This document shows positions 37,148-52,120 of a stretch of DNA of 64,000 nt, piece by piece (positions within the stretch are counted from its first letter, which is position 1; the number at the start of each line of letters is the position of its first letter). Origin of the DNA: Eledone cirrhosa (lineage: Eukaryota). Location: contig OZ024756.1 of the NCBI GenBank assembly GCA_964016885.1, forward strand, positions 6,324,001-6,388,000, read 5' to 3'. The notes beneath the pieces were generated by a model, which was not told the origin of the DNA, made no database searches, and saw only the letters and a list, made by a program, of their open reading frames with translations. Both the position numbers and the translations under genes were made by a program.

Positions 37148-37380
37148 ATAACATAAACGGAGAAAGCTAATAGCGATACTCCGACCAATTTCCAATTCAC
37201 TCAACAAACATTAGAAAATACCGGAGTATATTCCCAATTAAACGTTTGGAGTGCTAACTATATTCTATTGTGTGGATAATTGGCTGTATTACTTTTTATG
37301 AGATATATTAAAGATCTCATTTCCCAAACGATCGTTTCATTGTAAGATTTCTACACGGTGGGTGAAATTATACCAAGTTA
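37148..37380 (-). mobile_element. pLTR-like fragment with HHR 3' half
   Basis: Reverse complement GAAA-CGATCG-TT (~37327-37338), followed by an ATACTCC..GGAGTAT tail hairpin. Confidence 0.45.
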
Positions 37381-37381
37381 T

Positions 37382-37442
37382 GCAGAAACTTGCGTAAAAT
37401 CGATGGATTCTTATGCAAATGGGCTCTTTCGAAAGATATGTA

Positions 37443-37478
<36 letters not shown>

Positions 37479-37537
37479 CATATCTTTCGGAAGAGCCCAT
37501 TTGCATAAGAATCCATCGATTTTACGCAAGTTTCTGC
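37382..37537. repeat. Near-perfect ~60-bp inverted repeat centred on a (TA)n tract
   Basis: GCAGAAACTTGCG..GAAAGATATG / CATATCTTTC..CGCAAGTTTCTGC with one mismatch. Confidence 0.92.
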
Positions 37538-37560
37538 CCTATATATGTATATAAATATAG

Positions 37561-37915
37561 GGCGAGTAAAATTCCCGAGATCCATGGACGAGTTCTCTCC
37601 AGCGGTCTCTGTCCCTCATTATCGCTGCCATGTCCTGCGTTTCCAACAGACCAGTGTCTGTCCTTAGGGCATCAACATACGTTAAACTTGGTCTTCCTCT
37701 TCCAGTGTGTCCATGTAGAGGCTCCCACAGGAGCACTGAGTTCAATGTCAACTCTGGATGTCGGTGAGCATATCCAGCTAACCTCAGTCTCCTCTGTGTT
37801 ACTTTTTTTAAATTTAATTCTGTGGACCGTCACTGCCTGATGAAGATCTTACAGGCTTATGGAATCCCCAAGAATATAGTGGACCGGATATCACTGCTCT
37901 ACACCAACACCCAAG
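37561..37915 (-). pseudogene. RTE ORF2 3' fragment with inverted RT piece
   Basis: Minus strand: RRLRLAGY..LLWEPLHG..GRGRP..MRDRDRWR. Segment ~37812-37915 on the plus strand: FNSVDRHCLMKILQAYGIPKNIV..LY. A short second copy lies at 53222-53292. Confidence 0.8.
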
Positions 37916-38165
37916 TTATATATATATATATATATACACACACAATGTTGCAACCAGTATTAAACTAGTTAGACTATTAGTCAAAGTGTACTCCATACTT
38001 GGGATATATATATATTAGAAAAGGGAAGTAAGTTTCTAAGAATTGTCTTTCTTATTTTTTCAATAATGTCATATATTCAATAATGTCACTTTGACGAATC
38101 AAAGAAAGGATAAAAAAAGATAAAACAGACCTCTTAAATATATGTTCGGTGCTATTTCTAACTTT

Positions 38166-39285
<1,120 letters not shown>

Positions 39286-39587
39286 TTGAAGGAATGCAAA
39301 GCTTGGAGGAACAGCAGAGGAATATAATAGTTAAGGCTGGGGCTAAGGAAGGGCTAAATAATGTAGTCGAATTAAGGTTTGAGAGATAAAAGGGCTATGC
39401 TGAAAGTGGGCAGGAATTTCTGTGTTAATTTAAGCTAAAAGGATAGGAAATGGCTTGAAAGTGTGTTGAAAGCGAATAATTAACGGTGATGTAGAGATAC
39501 GAGTGGATGTAGTAATTAGTAACTAGCTGGCTCCAGACTTGGCTGCCAACAGCCCCGGTACATTTAGGACAGCTGGTCAGTGAATAG

Positions 39588-41430
39588 CACATACTACACG
39601 CACCGACACACACATGTACACACACATACAAACACACAGGCATATACACACAGGCATACACACAGTCACACATACTACACGCACCGACACACACATGTAC
39701 ACACACATACAAACACACAGGCATATACACACAGGCATACACACAGTCACACATACTACACGCACCGACACACACATGTACACACACATACAAACACACA
39801 GGCATATACACACAGGCATACACACAGTCACACATACTACACGCACCGACACACACATGTACACACACATACAAACACACAGGCATATACACAGGCATAC
39901 ACACAGTCACACATACTACACGCACCGACACACACATGTACACACACATACAAACACACAGGCATATACACACAGGCATACACACAGTCTCACATACTAC
40001 ACCCACCAACACATATGTACACACACATACAAACACACAGGCATATACACACAGGCATACACACAGTCTCACATACTACACGCACCGACACACACATGTA
40101 CACACATATACACAGGCATATACACACAGTCACACATACTACACCCACCAACACACACATGTACACACATATACACAGGCATATACACACAGTCACACAT
40201 ACTACACCCACCAACACACACATGTACACACATATACAAACGCACAGGGATATACACACATATACAAACACAGGCCTATACACACATATACAAGCACAGG
40301 CCTATACACACAGGCATATACACACATGCATACACACAGTCTCACATACTACACACACAGTCACACGCATGCATACATACATACATACATACACAGTCAC
40401 ACGCATGCAACCAGTTACACACACACAGTTATACATACAGTCACACACACACAGTCATATATACAGTCACACACACAGTCACACGCATGCATACATACAT
40501 ACATACATACACACACACGCATGCAACCAGTCACACACACAGTTATACATACAGTCACACACACACAGTCATATATACAGTCACACACACACAGTTATAC
40601 ATACAGTCACACACACACAGTCATATATACAGTCACACACACAGTCACACGCATGCATACATACATACATACACACACACGCATGCAACCAGTCACACAC
40701 ACAGTTATACATACAGTCACACACACACAGTCATATATACAGTCACACACACACAGTCACACGCATGCATACATACATACATACACATACAGACATGCAA
40801 CCAGTCACCCACACAGTTATACATACCGTCACACACACAGTCACACAGACAGTCACACGCATGCATACATACATACATACACACACATGCATGCAACCAG
40901 TCACACACACAGGTATACATACAGTCACACACACACAGTCATACATACAGACATATACATGCATACATACAGTCACAAACACAGTCACACGCATGCATAC
41001 ATACATACATACACACACACGCATGCAACAAGTCACACACACAGGTATACATACAGTCACACATACACAGGCATACATACAGTCACACACACATTCACAC
41101 GCAGGTATACATACATACATACAGTCACACACACAGTCACACGCAGGTATACATACATACATACATACATACACACACATGCATGCAACCAGTCACACAC
41201 ACAGTTATACATAGTCACACACACAGTCATACATACAGACATACACAGGCATACATACAGTCACACACACAAGCATACATAGACACATACAGCCATACAC
41301 ACAAAGACATACACATTCACACACAGGTATACGCACAGTCAGAGGCACACACAGGCATACACACAGTCACACATACGAACACATAATATATACACACACA
41401 CATACATAATATACACACACACAGACATCT
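39588..41430. repeat. CA-rich minisatellite (81-bp unit at start, drifting to CAGTCACAC/CATA units)
   Basis: CATACTACACGCACCGAC at 39590, 39671 and onward. The His/Thr ORFs are artefacts. Confidence 0.93.
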
Positions 41431-41929
41431 ACACAAGTACACATCACGTGATCCCCGCTCCTGTAATAGAGAAATATTCGTTATAACAGCCTCTACCACA
41501 CTACAGAGAACAACACACATACATATTGTGTGTGTACACACATACATACGTATATGTGTGTACACACATATATATATATGCGTGTATACACATATATATA
41601 GTGTATTCACACATACATATAGTGTGTACACACACAGACTAACATATATATCGTATCTACAAGCACACATATGATATGTACACACACATATATAGTATGT
41701 ACACACACATAATATGTTCACACATATGTACACATACACATATTTAGTATGTACACACACATATATAGTATGTACACACACATATATATATCGTACCTAC
41801 ACATACAATACCTTATCTACACACATATAATGTGTACAAACCCACATAGTGTGTACACACATATATATATCGTATCTACACACACACATATAATATGTAC
41901 ACACACAATATAGTGTGTACACACACGCA

Positions 41930-42295
41930 TATAGTATGTACATACACATATAGTATGTACAATCACATATAGTATGTACAATCACATATAGTATGTACAA
42001 TCACATATAGTATGTACAATCACATATAGTATGTACAATCACATATAGTATGTACATACACATATAGTATGTACATACACATATAGTATGTACACACACA
42101 TATAGTATGTACACACACATATAGTATGTACATACACATATAGTATGTACACACACATATAGTATGTACATACACATATAGTATGTACATACACATATAG
42201 TATGTACATACACATATAGTATGTACATACACATATAGTATGTACATACACATATAGTATGTACATACACATATAGTATGTACATACACACATAT
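41930..42295. repeat. 19-20-bp minisatellite TAGTATGTACA(T/C)ACACATA
   Basis: Direct reading. Confidence 0.92.
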
Positions 42296-42720
42296 ATACT
42301 CAAGAACACACACACATACATACACACCCAAGAACCGACACACACACACGCACACATACATTTACACGTGTATTTATTACGTGCACACCTTTTCTCCATC
42401 TTACGTAGATAAACATACTCACAGATCCTAAATAAGAGCGGGAGGTGGAATAAGAGGGGTGGGGATATGTGGGGGCGTGGAATAAGGGGGGATACATGGG
42501 GGCGTGGAATGGGGGGGATACGCGGTGTTGTGGAATGAGGGGCGGGGGGAACATGTGCGAGGTGGAATACGTGGGGGCGTGGAATAAGGGGTGTGTGAGT
42601 GGGGGATAAGCTGACATGAGGCTCCATTGATGCTTTTTAAAACCAGAATTAGTCGTTTAGTTTACATAGAGACTCCAACCTATCCTAATTATTTTATAAC
42701 GGATGGGATTTCTAGTAATG

Positions 42721-43001
42721 AATAATTGTTTCTACTATTGGCACAAGGCCACCAATAAACTAGTATATTACTGGTACTTTATTTTATCGACCCCGTAAGG
42801 ATGGAAGGCAAAGTTAATAATTGTTTCTACTTTTGGCACAAGGCTATCAATTAACCAGTGCATTACTGGTACTTCATTTTATCGACCCCGTAAGGATGCA
42901 AGGCAAAGTGAACCTCGCGGGATTTGAACTCCGACCGTAAAGGGACGTAACTATGCTGGAAAGCATGGCGTCCGACTATCTACGCATACTGCCAATCCAC
43001 C
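42721..43001 (-). mobile_element. tRNA-derived SINE (Deu/Nin-like core), full copy plus tandem 3' part
   Basis: Minus strand has A box TGGCAGTATGCG, B box GAGTTCAAATCC and core TTTGCCTT.CATCCTTACGGGGTCGATAAAAT.AAGTACCAG. Confidence 0.85.
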
Positions 43002-43179
43002 ATGTTTGCTATTGTATAAAGAAACTTAATTGTCACAGGATTGAAACCACTTAAACAAAATGTCGCCGGTGATAGATTAGCAAAATCTAATAAACGGTGC
43101 ATTAGAGGGTGGAAGAAATCTCAAAAATTAATAAACGGGTGGAGGGGCGATTATTGGAGACCCGACAGTATATATGCAA

Positions 43180-43383
43180 ATCAATGAATAGTCCCCGTTA
43201 GTGCTTTGGAAATCACAAACAGTCACTAATAACAAGGGGCGCAAGCTCTCCTATCCTGATGTCATCTCCAGAGATTCTGGTGTTGAAATCCAGGACTTGG
43301 CAACGGTAATGATCGACAGACCCAGGTGGAGATCAATTGTTGAGTCGATTTAGGCTGAGGCAGCTGGATAAAGATGATGATGG
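43180..43383 (+). pseudogene. RTE ORF2 C-terminal remnant with (GAT)n tail
   Basis: LVLWKS..KGRKLSYPDVISRDSG..DLATVMIDRPRWRSIV, then GATGATGAT. Confidence 0.6.
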
Positions 43384-43458
43384 TATAGATGCTATAACAT
43401 ATAATAAAGGTATCACAACTACTAGCAAGGGAATAGCATCGACAACAGTACACATAGC

Positions 43459-43489
<31 letters not shown>

Positions 43490-43529
43490 GAAGGACTCAC
43501 TTTTTCATATATATATATATATATATATA

Positions 43530-44121
43530 TGGTGGCTGCCAACTCGTTTTCGAGTACGGCCACTACTTTATATCCATGTAGGAGAACCCCTACCGATGCG
43601 CTGAAGGAGTGTGATTTTTAGTCCAGCCAACGACTTGAAAACTCTGGTACAAACACTACACTTGTGACAATTATTGACACAGTTCTGGGCCCATGGTACC
43701 ATGTGACAACAAGTGCAGAGAGATCTCCAGATATAAAGCAATGCCTGTGCCGTGAAGCTTTTATAGTGAGCAAAGGCACTGCACAAAGCCATCCCACTCT
43801 CTTAACCAAGATGATATTTACCAAAAAGAAGAACAAGTCAACATCATTGGATACCATCAGGGTTGCAGGTGCTATATCAGAGTTCTCCTTCTCCTAGAAT
43901 TCTGCCTTGACAAAGGCTAAGGGGTCATCTCTCCCGGTGATTTTGGATGGCTATTGACTCTTAAGAGCTACTTTGCCCTTTAACAGGTTTTGTTTTTAGT
44001 CCTGCAGGATGTCCAAAGTCACCCTCCTCACCAAGAAACCTTGGTGGGGTTGCCAGTTTAGTCGCCAACGACCCGACCATGAGACAGGTTGTACTGGGAT
44101 ACATGTTACCAGTATCACCAA
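43530..44121 (-). mobile_element. Non-autonomous RTE-type retroposon, copy 3
   Basis: Near-identical to 5007-5602; lacks ~14 nt at the 5' end. Confidence 0.75.
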
Positions 44122-45765
44122 TATACATACATACAGGTACACAAACATGCTCTCAGAAACATACAGCCATATATTAAGGGCATGTTTCCCACAGTTATAT
44201 ATTTTAAAAAAACGTACGCATTAATGCAGGCATATGATAAATACAATAGATACATGACACTGATGGCCAATGAATAAGCACGTGTAGTTCTTTTCTCCCC
44301 ATTTTTTTCTTATCTTTCCCCCGTTCATTCCTCTTATCTCTCTTTAATTTCTCTTTATCTTCTATTTCTAACTATCTTCTCATGAAAGACCAGTGTCCAA
44401 AAGGTCAATATACTTTTCCTGCTATTTCAAGCGTTAAACTAATATATCTCTTCCATGTACTGTGCCGTTTGTTGTGTTATTTTTGTTTATCTTATATACA
44501 TATGAGAGAGGATGGAAGTGGAGAGGAGAGAGGGTAAATAAGGTTTTCTTTATGTATAACAAGAACGAATACTTTATTCTTAGTCTAACGTCTGTCTTAA
44601 GCCAGAAGGCTCATTTGGCCTGTCTTGTCCCAGTGTCATGCCGTGAAACGACTGAGACTAGAAGATTCCTACCTGGACAAGACGCCAAGTTGTTATTTCT
44701 GTTTACACACACACACACGCACACACACACACAGACACACACACAATGTATATATATATTTAGAAACACAGTATGTTAGCCTTTTTTTATTGAACAATCT
44801 ATTTTTACTCACCACTAAATATATCCGAGTCGTTTACAAAGTACAACATGCAACACTACAACAACGTTGTTAGATGCATTCCAGCAATACAACTAGCTTT
44901 GTTTCTTTTATTAGAAACCATTTCCTTCTTTACAGAAAGAATTCAAATAATTAAAAAAAGATAGATAACATAATTTAGACGGTAGCCAAGTAATAGTAAA
45001 TTAACTACACATGTATTTAAACATTTTAAGCTATACAGTATTGTTACACGTATGAGGCGGCAAAGTTGAGGGATTCGTTCAAATAATGAGTTTCAAATTA
45101 GTTATATATGTACAGTTTGTATACACATGCTTATTCATGTTTCCCAGTTTAAAAATCTTTTCTTTACAAATAGAAATGTCCTTCCCAATGTGAGCAGTTT
45201 AAAAATCGTTTCTTTTCTTTCTCACTTGGAAACCTCCTCTCTAATGTGTGTGGCTGGGTAAGGTGAGGCTTTTAATTTTTTAATTGATGACCCGCAGTCT
45301 CATATACAAGTAAGTTTTCTTTCATCTTGTCTCTACTGTTGTCCGAAAGGAAAGCAAATGCTAATCGAAGTTGACCCCAGTGACGTCGCAGCTGAACTCA
45401 GAACGCAAAGTACCAAAGAAGATACTGCAAGGCATCTTACTAGACCTCTAACAATTCCGCCAATCCAACACTCTGTAATAACACTTTATATATCGACCCC
45501 CAACGGATGAAAAACAAAGGTGATCTCAGTGATATTTTAACTGAAAATGCAGAAAAGCCAGAGCAAATATCTCGAAGCATTTAAATCTTATGCTGTTACA
45601 ACTCTGCCAATTTATATATCTGTAAAATATCACCTTCTATATACATATTTAATAACGTGAAAAAATTGCTTTACGTTACGTAACAAATACTAAGACTTCT
45701 ATGAGACACACAACTGAATCGAAATATTTATTAACATTTGTTTCACATGTTTTATTCTCACTCAG

Positions 45766-45945
45766 CTGCTTCACCAGATTCGGACAGTGACCGTGCCCCA
45801 AGAGCCTTTCGTGCCCTACTGCCACACAACGCCCACTGCCTTCAAGGAGCAGCCTAGCCCACAGACAACTGATCCACCATCCGATTCTCACTCCGTCCGA
45901 CGCTCCGCTCGTCTGACCAAAACTGGCACAAAACCCGACTCATGA
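45766..45945 (+). CDS. Candidate terminal coding exon of an unidentified host gene (59 codons plus TGA)
   Basis: Acceptor TTTTATTCTCACTCAG, then a GC-rich open frame LLHQIRTVTVPQEPFVPYCHTT...SVRRSARLTKTGTKPDS*. Unique sequence follows, with AATAAA near 46854. Confidence 0.5.
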   Translation: MLHQIRTVTVPQEPFVPYCHTTPTAFKEQPSPQTTDPPSDSHSVRRSARLTKTGTKPDS

Positions 45946-47139
45946 CTGACACTCTGATCTTCAACACGTGTCTTGTTTGAGTAGCTCAGTCACAGTACTT
46001 GGTGTATCATCACTCAATCTCCTTACGACCGTGCTACGTATTTTCAGTCTTCATCACTTCCCTCCAAAGACTTAGGGAGGGCGTAGAGGAATACAACTCG
46101 GGCTGTATATGTTCCATTCCATCCATTGTGTTTCGTCCGTGCTTATACAATAGACCGTTCATGTTCACCCCTTATCTCCCTTTGTTCTGGACCTCTTCTT
46201 CGTTAGACGTTAAAGCTCTTGCGTCACTTTGCAAATGGCGCACTCCTGCACTCAGACGCACTAAGAACTTCTTTTGTCATTGCTTCAGTAATACAGTCTT
46301 AAGAAAAGCAAAGAGTGTTTGAGACTCATTTATGGAAGAGTCCAAATTGTTTTACATCCTATATTCTTTACTCAGTTACTTGCTTATTGATATTCAGACG
46401 ATTCCAAAATATTATGGACCCTATAATCTGCTCGGACCCCAAACAGCTGATCTCCGTAGGAGCTCATCAAAAGCAGCCCGTCTGAGAAAGGAGCTACACA
46501 GGGTTTAGCAGCTGTTGCAGTGGGTATCACTGGCCACTGTCTGCGAAAATGCCTTTGCCATTATGACCGTGGGGGCAGCCAAAACACCACTGACATAGGT
46601 GTAGAGTATGTAACACTCGCCCCCTCTCTTTCTATATTATCACCCAGTGAGCAGGTTCCAGATATTCAGATGAGTCCAAAATATAGTACATCCTATATTC
46701 TCACCTAGTAAGTTGTTTCTATATATTTAGACGAGTCCACATTTTAGGGGCTAGCTCTTTCTATTTACGTTCCCCTTTTTTTTTGGTAACCAGTAATACA
46801 TATAGGCTGAAGTATGGAGGATGCCTAACATGTAAGGACCTCTCTATTATAACAATAAAATTGGTTGTATAAGTATCCCTGATTTAAAGTGACCATTGTG
46901 CTTGATTAAAACCACTAAAGAGTATATACGTGGTCATTTGACCCGCTAGAAATAGCAGGTAGTTATCCTACAACTTACATTCCTCCACCTAACATATTAA
47001 AGGACACAATGGGTTACTTAGTCCTTTAAACAAAGTCAGAAATATAAAACAGATAATGGGCAAGTCTTGAACGCTTTTCAGCGGAACCGTGTTTAACGAT
47101 GACTGACCAGGTGTGAAAAACCACGACACCTAACAAGAA

Positions 47140-48868
47140 AACTACATTAGTAATAACAAAACTATATTGTGAATAGCAGCAGAACCTAATAACAAAACTA
47201 TATTGTGAATAACAGCAGAACCTAATAACAAAACTATATTGTGAATAACAGCAGAACCTAATAACAAAACTATATTGGTAATAACAAAACTATATTATGA
47301 ATAACAACAGAACCTAATAACAAAACTATATTGTGAATAACAGAACCTAATAACAAAACTATATTGTGAATAACAGCAGAACCTAATAACAAAACTATAT
47401 TGGTAATAACAAAACTATATTGTGAATAACAACAGAACCTAATAACAAAACTATATTGTGAATAGCAGCAGAACCTAATAACAAAACTATATTGTGAATA
47501 ACAGCAGAACCTAATAACAAAACTATATTGTGAATAACAGCAGAACCTAATAACAAAACTATATTGTGAATAACAGCAGAACCTAATAACAAAACTATAT
47601 TGGTAATAACAAAACTATATTGTGAATAACAACAGAACCTAATAACAAAACTATATTGTGAATAACAGAACCTAATAACAAAACTATATTGGATATAACA
47701 AAACTATATTGTGAATAAAAACAGAACCTAATAACAAAACTATATTGGTAATAACAAAACTAACTATATTCTGAATAACAACATAACCTAATAACAAATC
47801 TATATTGGTAATAACAAAACTATATTGTGAATAACAACAGAACCTAATAACAAAACTATATTGTGAATAACAGCAGAACCTAATAACAAAACTATATTGT
47901 GAATAACAACAGAACCTAATAACAAAACTATATTGGGAATAATAACAGAACCTAATAACAAAACTATATTGGTATTAACAAAATTATATTATGAATAACA
48001 TAACCTAATAACAAATCTATATTGGTAATAACAAAACTATATTGTGAATAACAACATAACCTAATAACAAAACTATATTGTGAATAACAACAGAACCTAA
48101 TAACAAAACTATATTGGGAATAACAGCAGAACCTAATAACAAAACTATATTGTGAATAACAGCAGAACCTAATAACAAAACTATATTGGTAATAACAAAA
48201 CTATATTGTGAATAACAGCAGAACCTAATAACAAAACTATATTGTGAATAACAACAGGACCTAATAACAAAACTATATTGTGAATAACAACAGAACCTAA
48301 TAACTAAACTATAGTGTGAATAACAGCAGAACCGAATAATAAAACTATATTGGTAATAACAAAACTATATTGTGAATAACAACAGAACCTAATAACAAAA
48401 CTATATTGTGAATAACAACAGAACCTAATAACAAAACTATATTGTGAATAACAACAGAACCTAATAACAAAACTATATTGTGAATAACAGCAGAACCTAA
48501 TAACAAAATTATATTGTGAATAAAACAGAACCTAATAACAAAACTATATTGTGAATAACAGCAGAACCTAATAACAAAACTATATTGGTAATAACAAAAC
48601 TATATTGTGAATAAAAACAGAACTTCATAACAAAACTATATTGTGAATAACAACAGAACCTAATAACAAAGCTATATTGGTAATAACAAAACTAACTATA
48701 TTGTGAATAACAACATAACCTAATAACAAATCTATATTGGTAATAACAAAACTATATTGTGAATAACAACAGAACCTAATAACAAAACTATATTGTGAAT
48801 AACAGCAGAACCTAATAACAAAACTATATTGTGAATAAAAACAGAACCTAATAATAAAACTATATTCT
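47140..48868. repeat. 36-bp minisatellite AACCTAATAACAAAACTATATTGTGAATAACAGCAG with shorter half-units
   Basis: Period 36 (47183 to 47219). Confidence 0.96.
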
Positions 48869-49839
48869 CCAGGTCACTTTAACTGTTTAGCATTTACATT
48901 ACTTTATATATACTATTTATTTTCATAATATCGATATTATTTATTTTGATAACTATATCGTAACATTGGTATGAATGGTCAGTAATGGCCGGTTTGATCA
49001 GAAAGGGGGTGAGAAAATTGTGGCCGGAGACAACCGGTTTAATTGCTAACGGGTTAAACTGAGCTACTTCTTTAGATATCAGTTTGTTTGGCAATGGATG
49101 TTAATGGCGGTAAAAATAGTCATTGTTTCTATATGGGAAAATATTGATCTGGATAAAAGATAGGATAAAATAGAGAGACTAAGAAACTCGTTTATTTGGG
49201 GGATCCAACCAGATCAATTGGAGACAGTTGCTTCTTACAGGACACACTGGAAGGAGTGTTTGAGGACTCCGTTTATTTGAAAAGTTAAACAATTACTTGG
49301 ATGTTGTCTCTTTGATTAAAGTAAGAAAATATTCCTAAATGTTCATCTTATCAGCATTTTATGGATAATATATGTTCTATATAACATACTTATGTGATAA
49401 CAGATAACAAACATGTTTTAAGCAGTTAGGTACATAGATGAGGTCATCCCAAACCAATTATAACGTCGTAGTGTTTACCAAACTTTATCTAAATTATACG
49501 CGCGTCGTGTGTGTGGGGGGGGGGTATGTGTATACGTGTGTGTGCATATGTATTTTATCTACTCTTCTAGAATGTATGTTCTACCTAACCCCGTCATATC
49601 ATCCACCACGTGAATTAGACATCTCCATATCATGTTTCCCGACTAATTCGTTTTCTTAATTCAACTTCATGAGCTCCATCTGGTGTTTTAATATCACTCA
49701 TGTTACGTAATATTTCTCATTACCTCTCCACCTGGTTTTACTGCCCCTCAAACATTATAATACATCTCATGACTCAACTAGAAAGAATTATTCTCCTCTT
49801 CGTTCACTTATTTCTGAGAGAGTCGTGGGGACAGAGTCC

Positions 49840-50410
49840 TCAAACACTCCTTCCATCGGTTCCTATGAGAAGCAACCGTCTCCAATTGATGTGGTTGGAT
49901 CCCCAAGCTAGACCAAACAAGCTCATCGATGTTATCACACCATCTTGCTCAGAGTCAACCCCTGGGTCACATGCCGGTTGGTTTTGCCTGTAAAATCTGT
50001 CCAGCGATTCTTTTTGGAGACATTCTAACCACATACTCATAATATTGAAGCTGTGATCCCTTTATTCGCAGAAATAGCGGCTCTACCAGGAGTGACTCTC
50101 TAGGCTCCGAGCTATGCACCCTATCCAGTAACGTTACTCCAAAGTCCATTCGGAGAAACCCTATTTCAGCCGCTTGCATTCGCGATCGAATTCTTACCGT
50201 CATTTCCCAAGATCCATAACCCTATGTAAAGGTTGGCGCGAATACCTAATTGAAGATAGCGAGTTTGGTTTTTACACCTACCTCCCTTCTGATTACCGAA
50301 AGCTGAAGCTGGCGAATTATTGTATCAGCTCTTGCACTTAATACAGCCCCCTGTATTCCATCACTCGTGAACACGGACCCGAGATAATTGAACTTCTCCA
50401 CCTGATTCAG
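49840..50410 (-). pseudogene. Degenerate RTE LINE 3' fragment
   Basis: RSRMQAAEIGFLR..GVTLLDRVHSSE.RESL.VEPL.LRI..SQLQYY..VVRM; upstream VEKFNYLGSVFTSDG. Confidence 0.75.
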
Positions 50411-50512
50411 TGCATTTGCATAATTCTACAATGTCTAAAACATACTTCGGTCTACTTTCTCTGCGTGTTAAGGTTTCTCACGTCAATCATGATTTTACCA
50501 TATATTCTAAAT

Positions 50513-50846
50513 CAGCGGTCACCAACCGGTTGTCCGCAGGCAACCGGTGGTCTGCGAGAAAAAGAACTTGGACATTATTTGCAATGTTTATGTTTTATTA
50601 GTAATAAAGCAAAAATAATATTCGGTTAAAATATATATTATAACTCCCCTAAAAAGTGTTTCTCCTCGGTAAAGAGCTAACATCCATGAAAAGACTTTAC
50701 ACATATGTATCATCTATCGATCTATCGACAATATGACACACGCTTCAGTATTGTTTCGACCATTCACCATTAATTCATATTAGTGGTCCGCGGGATTTGA
50801 AATTATGAATTTAGTGGTCCGTGTGGTCCGAAAGTGGCGACCGCTG
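50513..50846. mobile_element. hAT (Buster/Charlie-type) MITE
   Basis: TIRs CAGCGGTCACCA / TGGCGACCGCTG; perfect 8-bp TSD TTCTAAAT (50505-12, 50847-54) with central TA; subterminal GTGGTCCG repeats. Confidence 0.9.
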
Positions 50847-51547
50847 TTCTAAATTCGTGTTTCAAACTTCAAATATGGAGAGAACTTTTCTGTAAATACT
50901 GTAAATATTCTTGGCTGACTGTCTTATCTTTGTCGTCTGCTGTCAGTCTTCTTCAACTCACTAATACTATCACACTGGTCTACTAAACTATACACAGATT
51001 GTAAATATATAGGTTGAATTAGTACAGATATTAGAGTGTCGGTCAAATGATCAAATTAAGTTGAAATATTTATTCCGACTTTGTTGCACATTTCAAATCC
51101 CACCGGTTATATATATACGATATTGCTTTTCCTTGATTAACATGTCTGATGGCGGACCCTATTCCCATCCAGTCAGTTCTATGGACAACAGATTTATTCT
51201 AGAGGGAAGGGTGGTGGAAGATAGAATGGACCACAAAAGGATGAAAGACAAAGTTGATTTGGCAGGATTGTATTTGAGAGCGTAAGAGAGCCAGAACGAA
51301 TAGCGAAGTATTTTAATGGGACGTGCTAACGACACGACTAATTCACAGCATTGCTCAGAATATTCAGTGGTCTTGTGATTCTTGATAGAGTCGTAGGGAC
51401 GTTGTATTGTCATACAACGTTTCGTAGGCATTTTAAGCCGAGAGGAGCCGATTCCACTCTAGGTCTGAGTACAGCAGATTTATTCCAGAGATAGGTACAA
51501 GGTGAAAGAGAGGAAATGAGAAAGAGATATAGAGGAAGAATCAACTC

Positions 51548-51700
51548 CAATACAAGACTGGTACATTTTTTATCGACATCGAGAGGATGAGAGGCAATGT
51601 TGACCTCGGCTGGGATTTGAACTCAGGGAGCAGAGAGCCGGTATGAATACCATAAATTATTCTATTCGACGTTCTAACTACTCTGCTAATTCGTCGTCTT
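51548..51700 (-). mobile_element. Diverged tRNA-derived SINE
   Basis: CTGGTAC..TTATCGAC..GGATGA.AGGCAA.GTTGACCTCGGC.GG.ATTTGAACTCAG. Further decayed relatives lie near 45340-45615 and 51160-51350. Confidence 0.7.
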
Positions 51701-51706
51701 GCTCAG

Positions 51707-52112
<406 letters not shown>

Positions 52113-52120
52113 ATATATCG

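Noticed and set aside
42440-42610. G-rich repeat with G-quadruplex potential
   Set aside because: Degenerate minisatellite (GGGGGCGTGGAATAAG) with no evidence of function.
39425-42627. His/Thr and Val/Cys-rich ORFs
   Set aside because: CA-rich minisatellite artefacts.
47140-48868. 36-bp repeat array resembling CRISPR in unit length
   Set aside because: Units are contiguous with no unique spacers, there are no cas genes, and the context is eukaryotic.
49240-49320. Possible exon bounded by TTACAG and GTAAGA
   Set aside because: Stops in all three frames and no other support.
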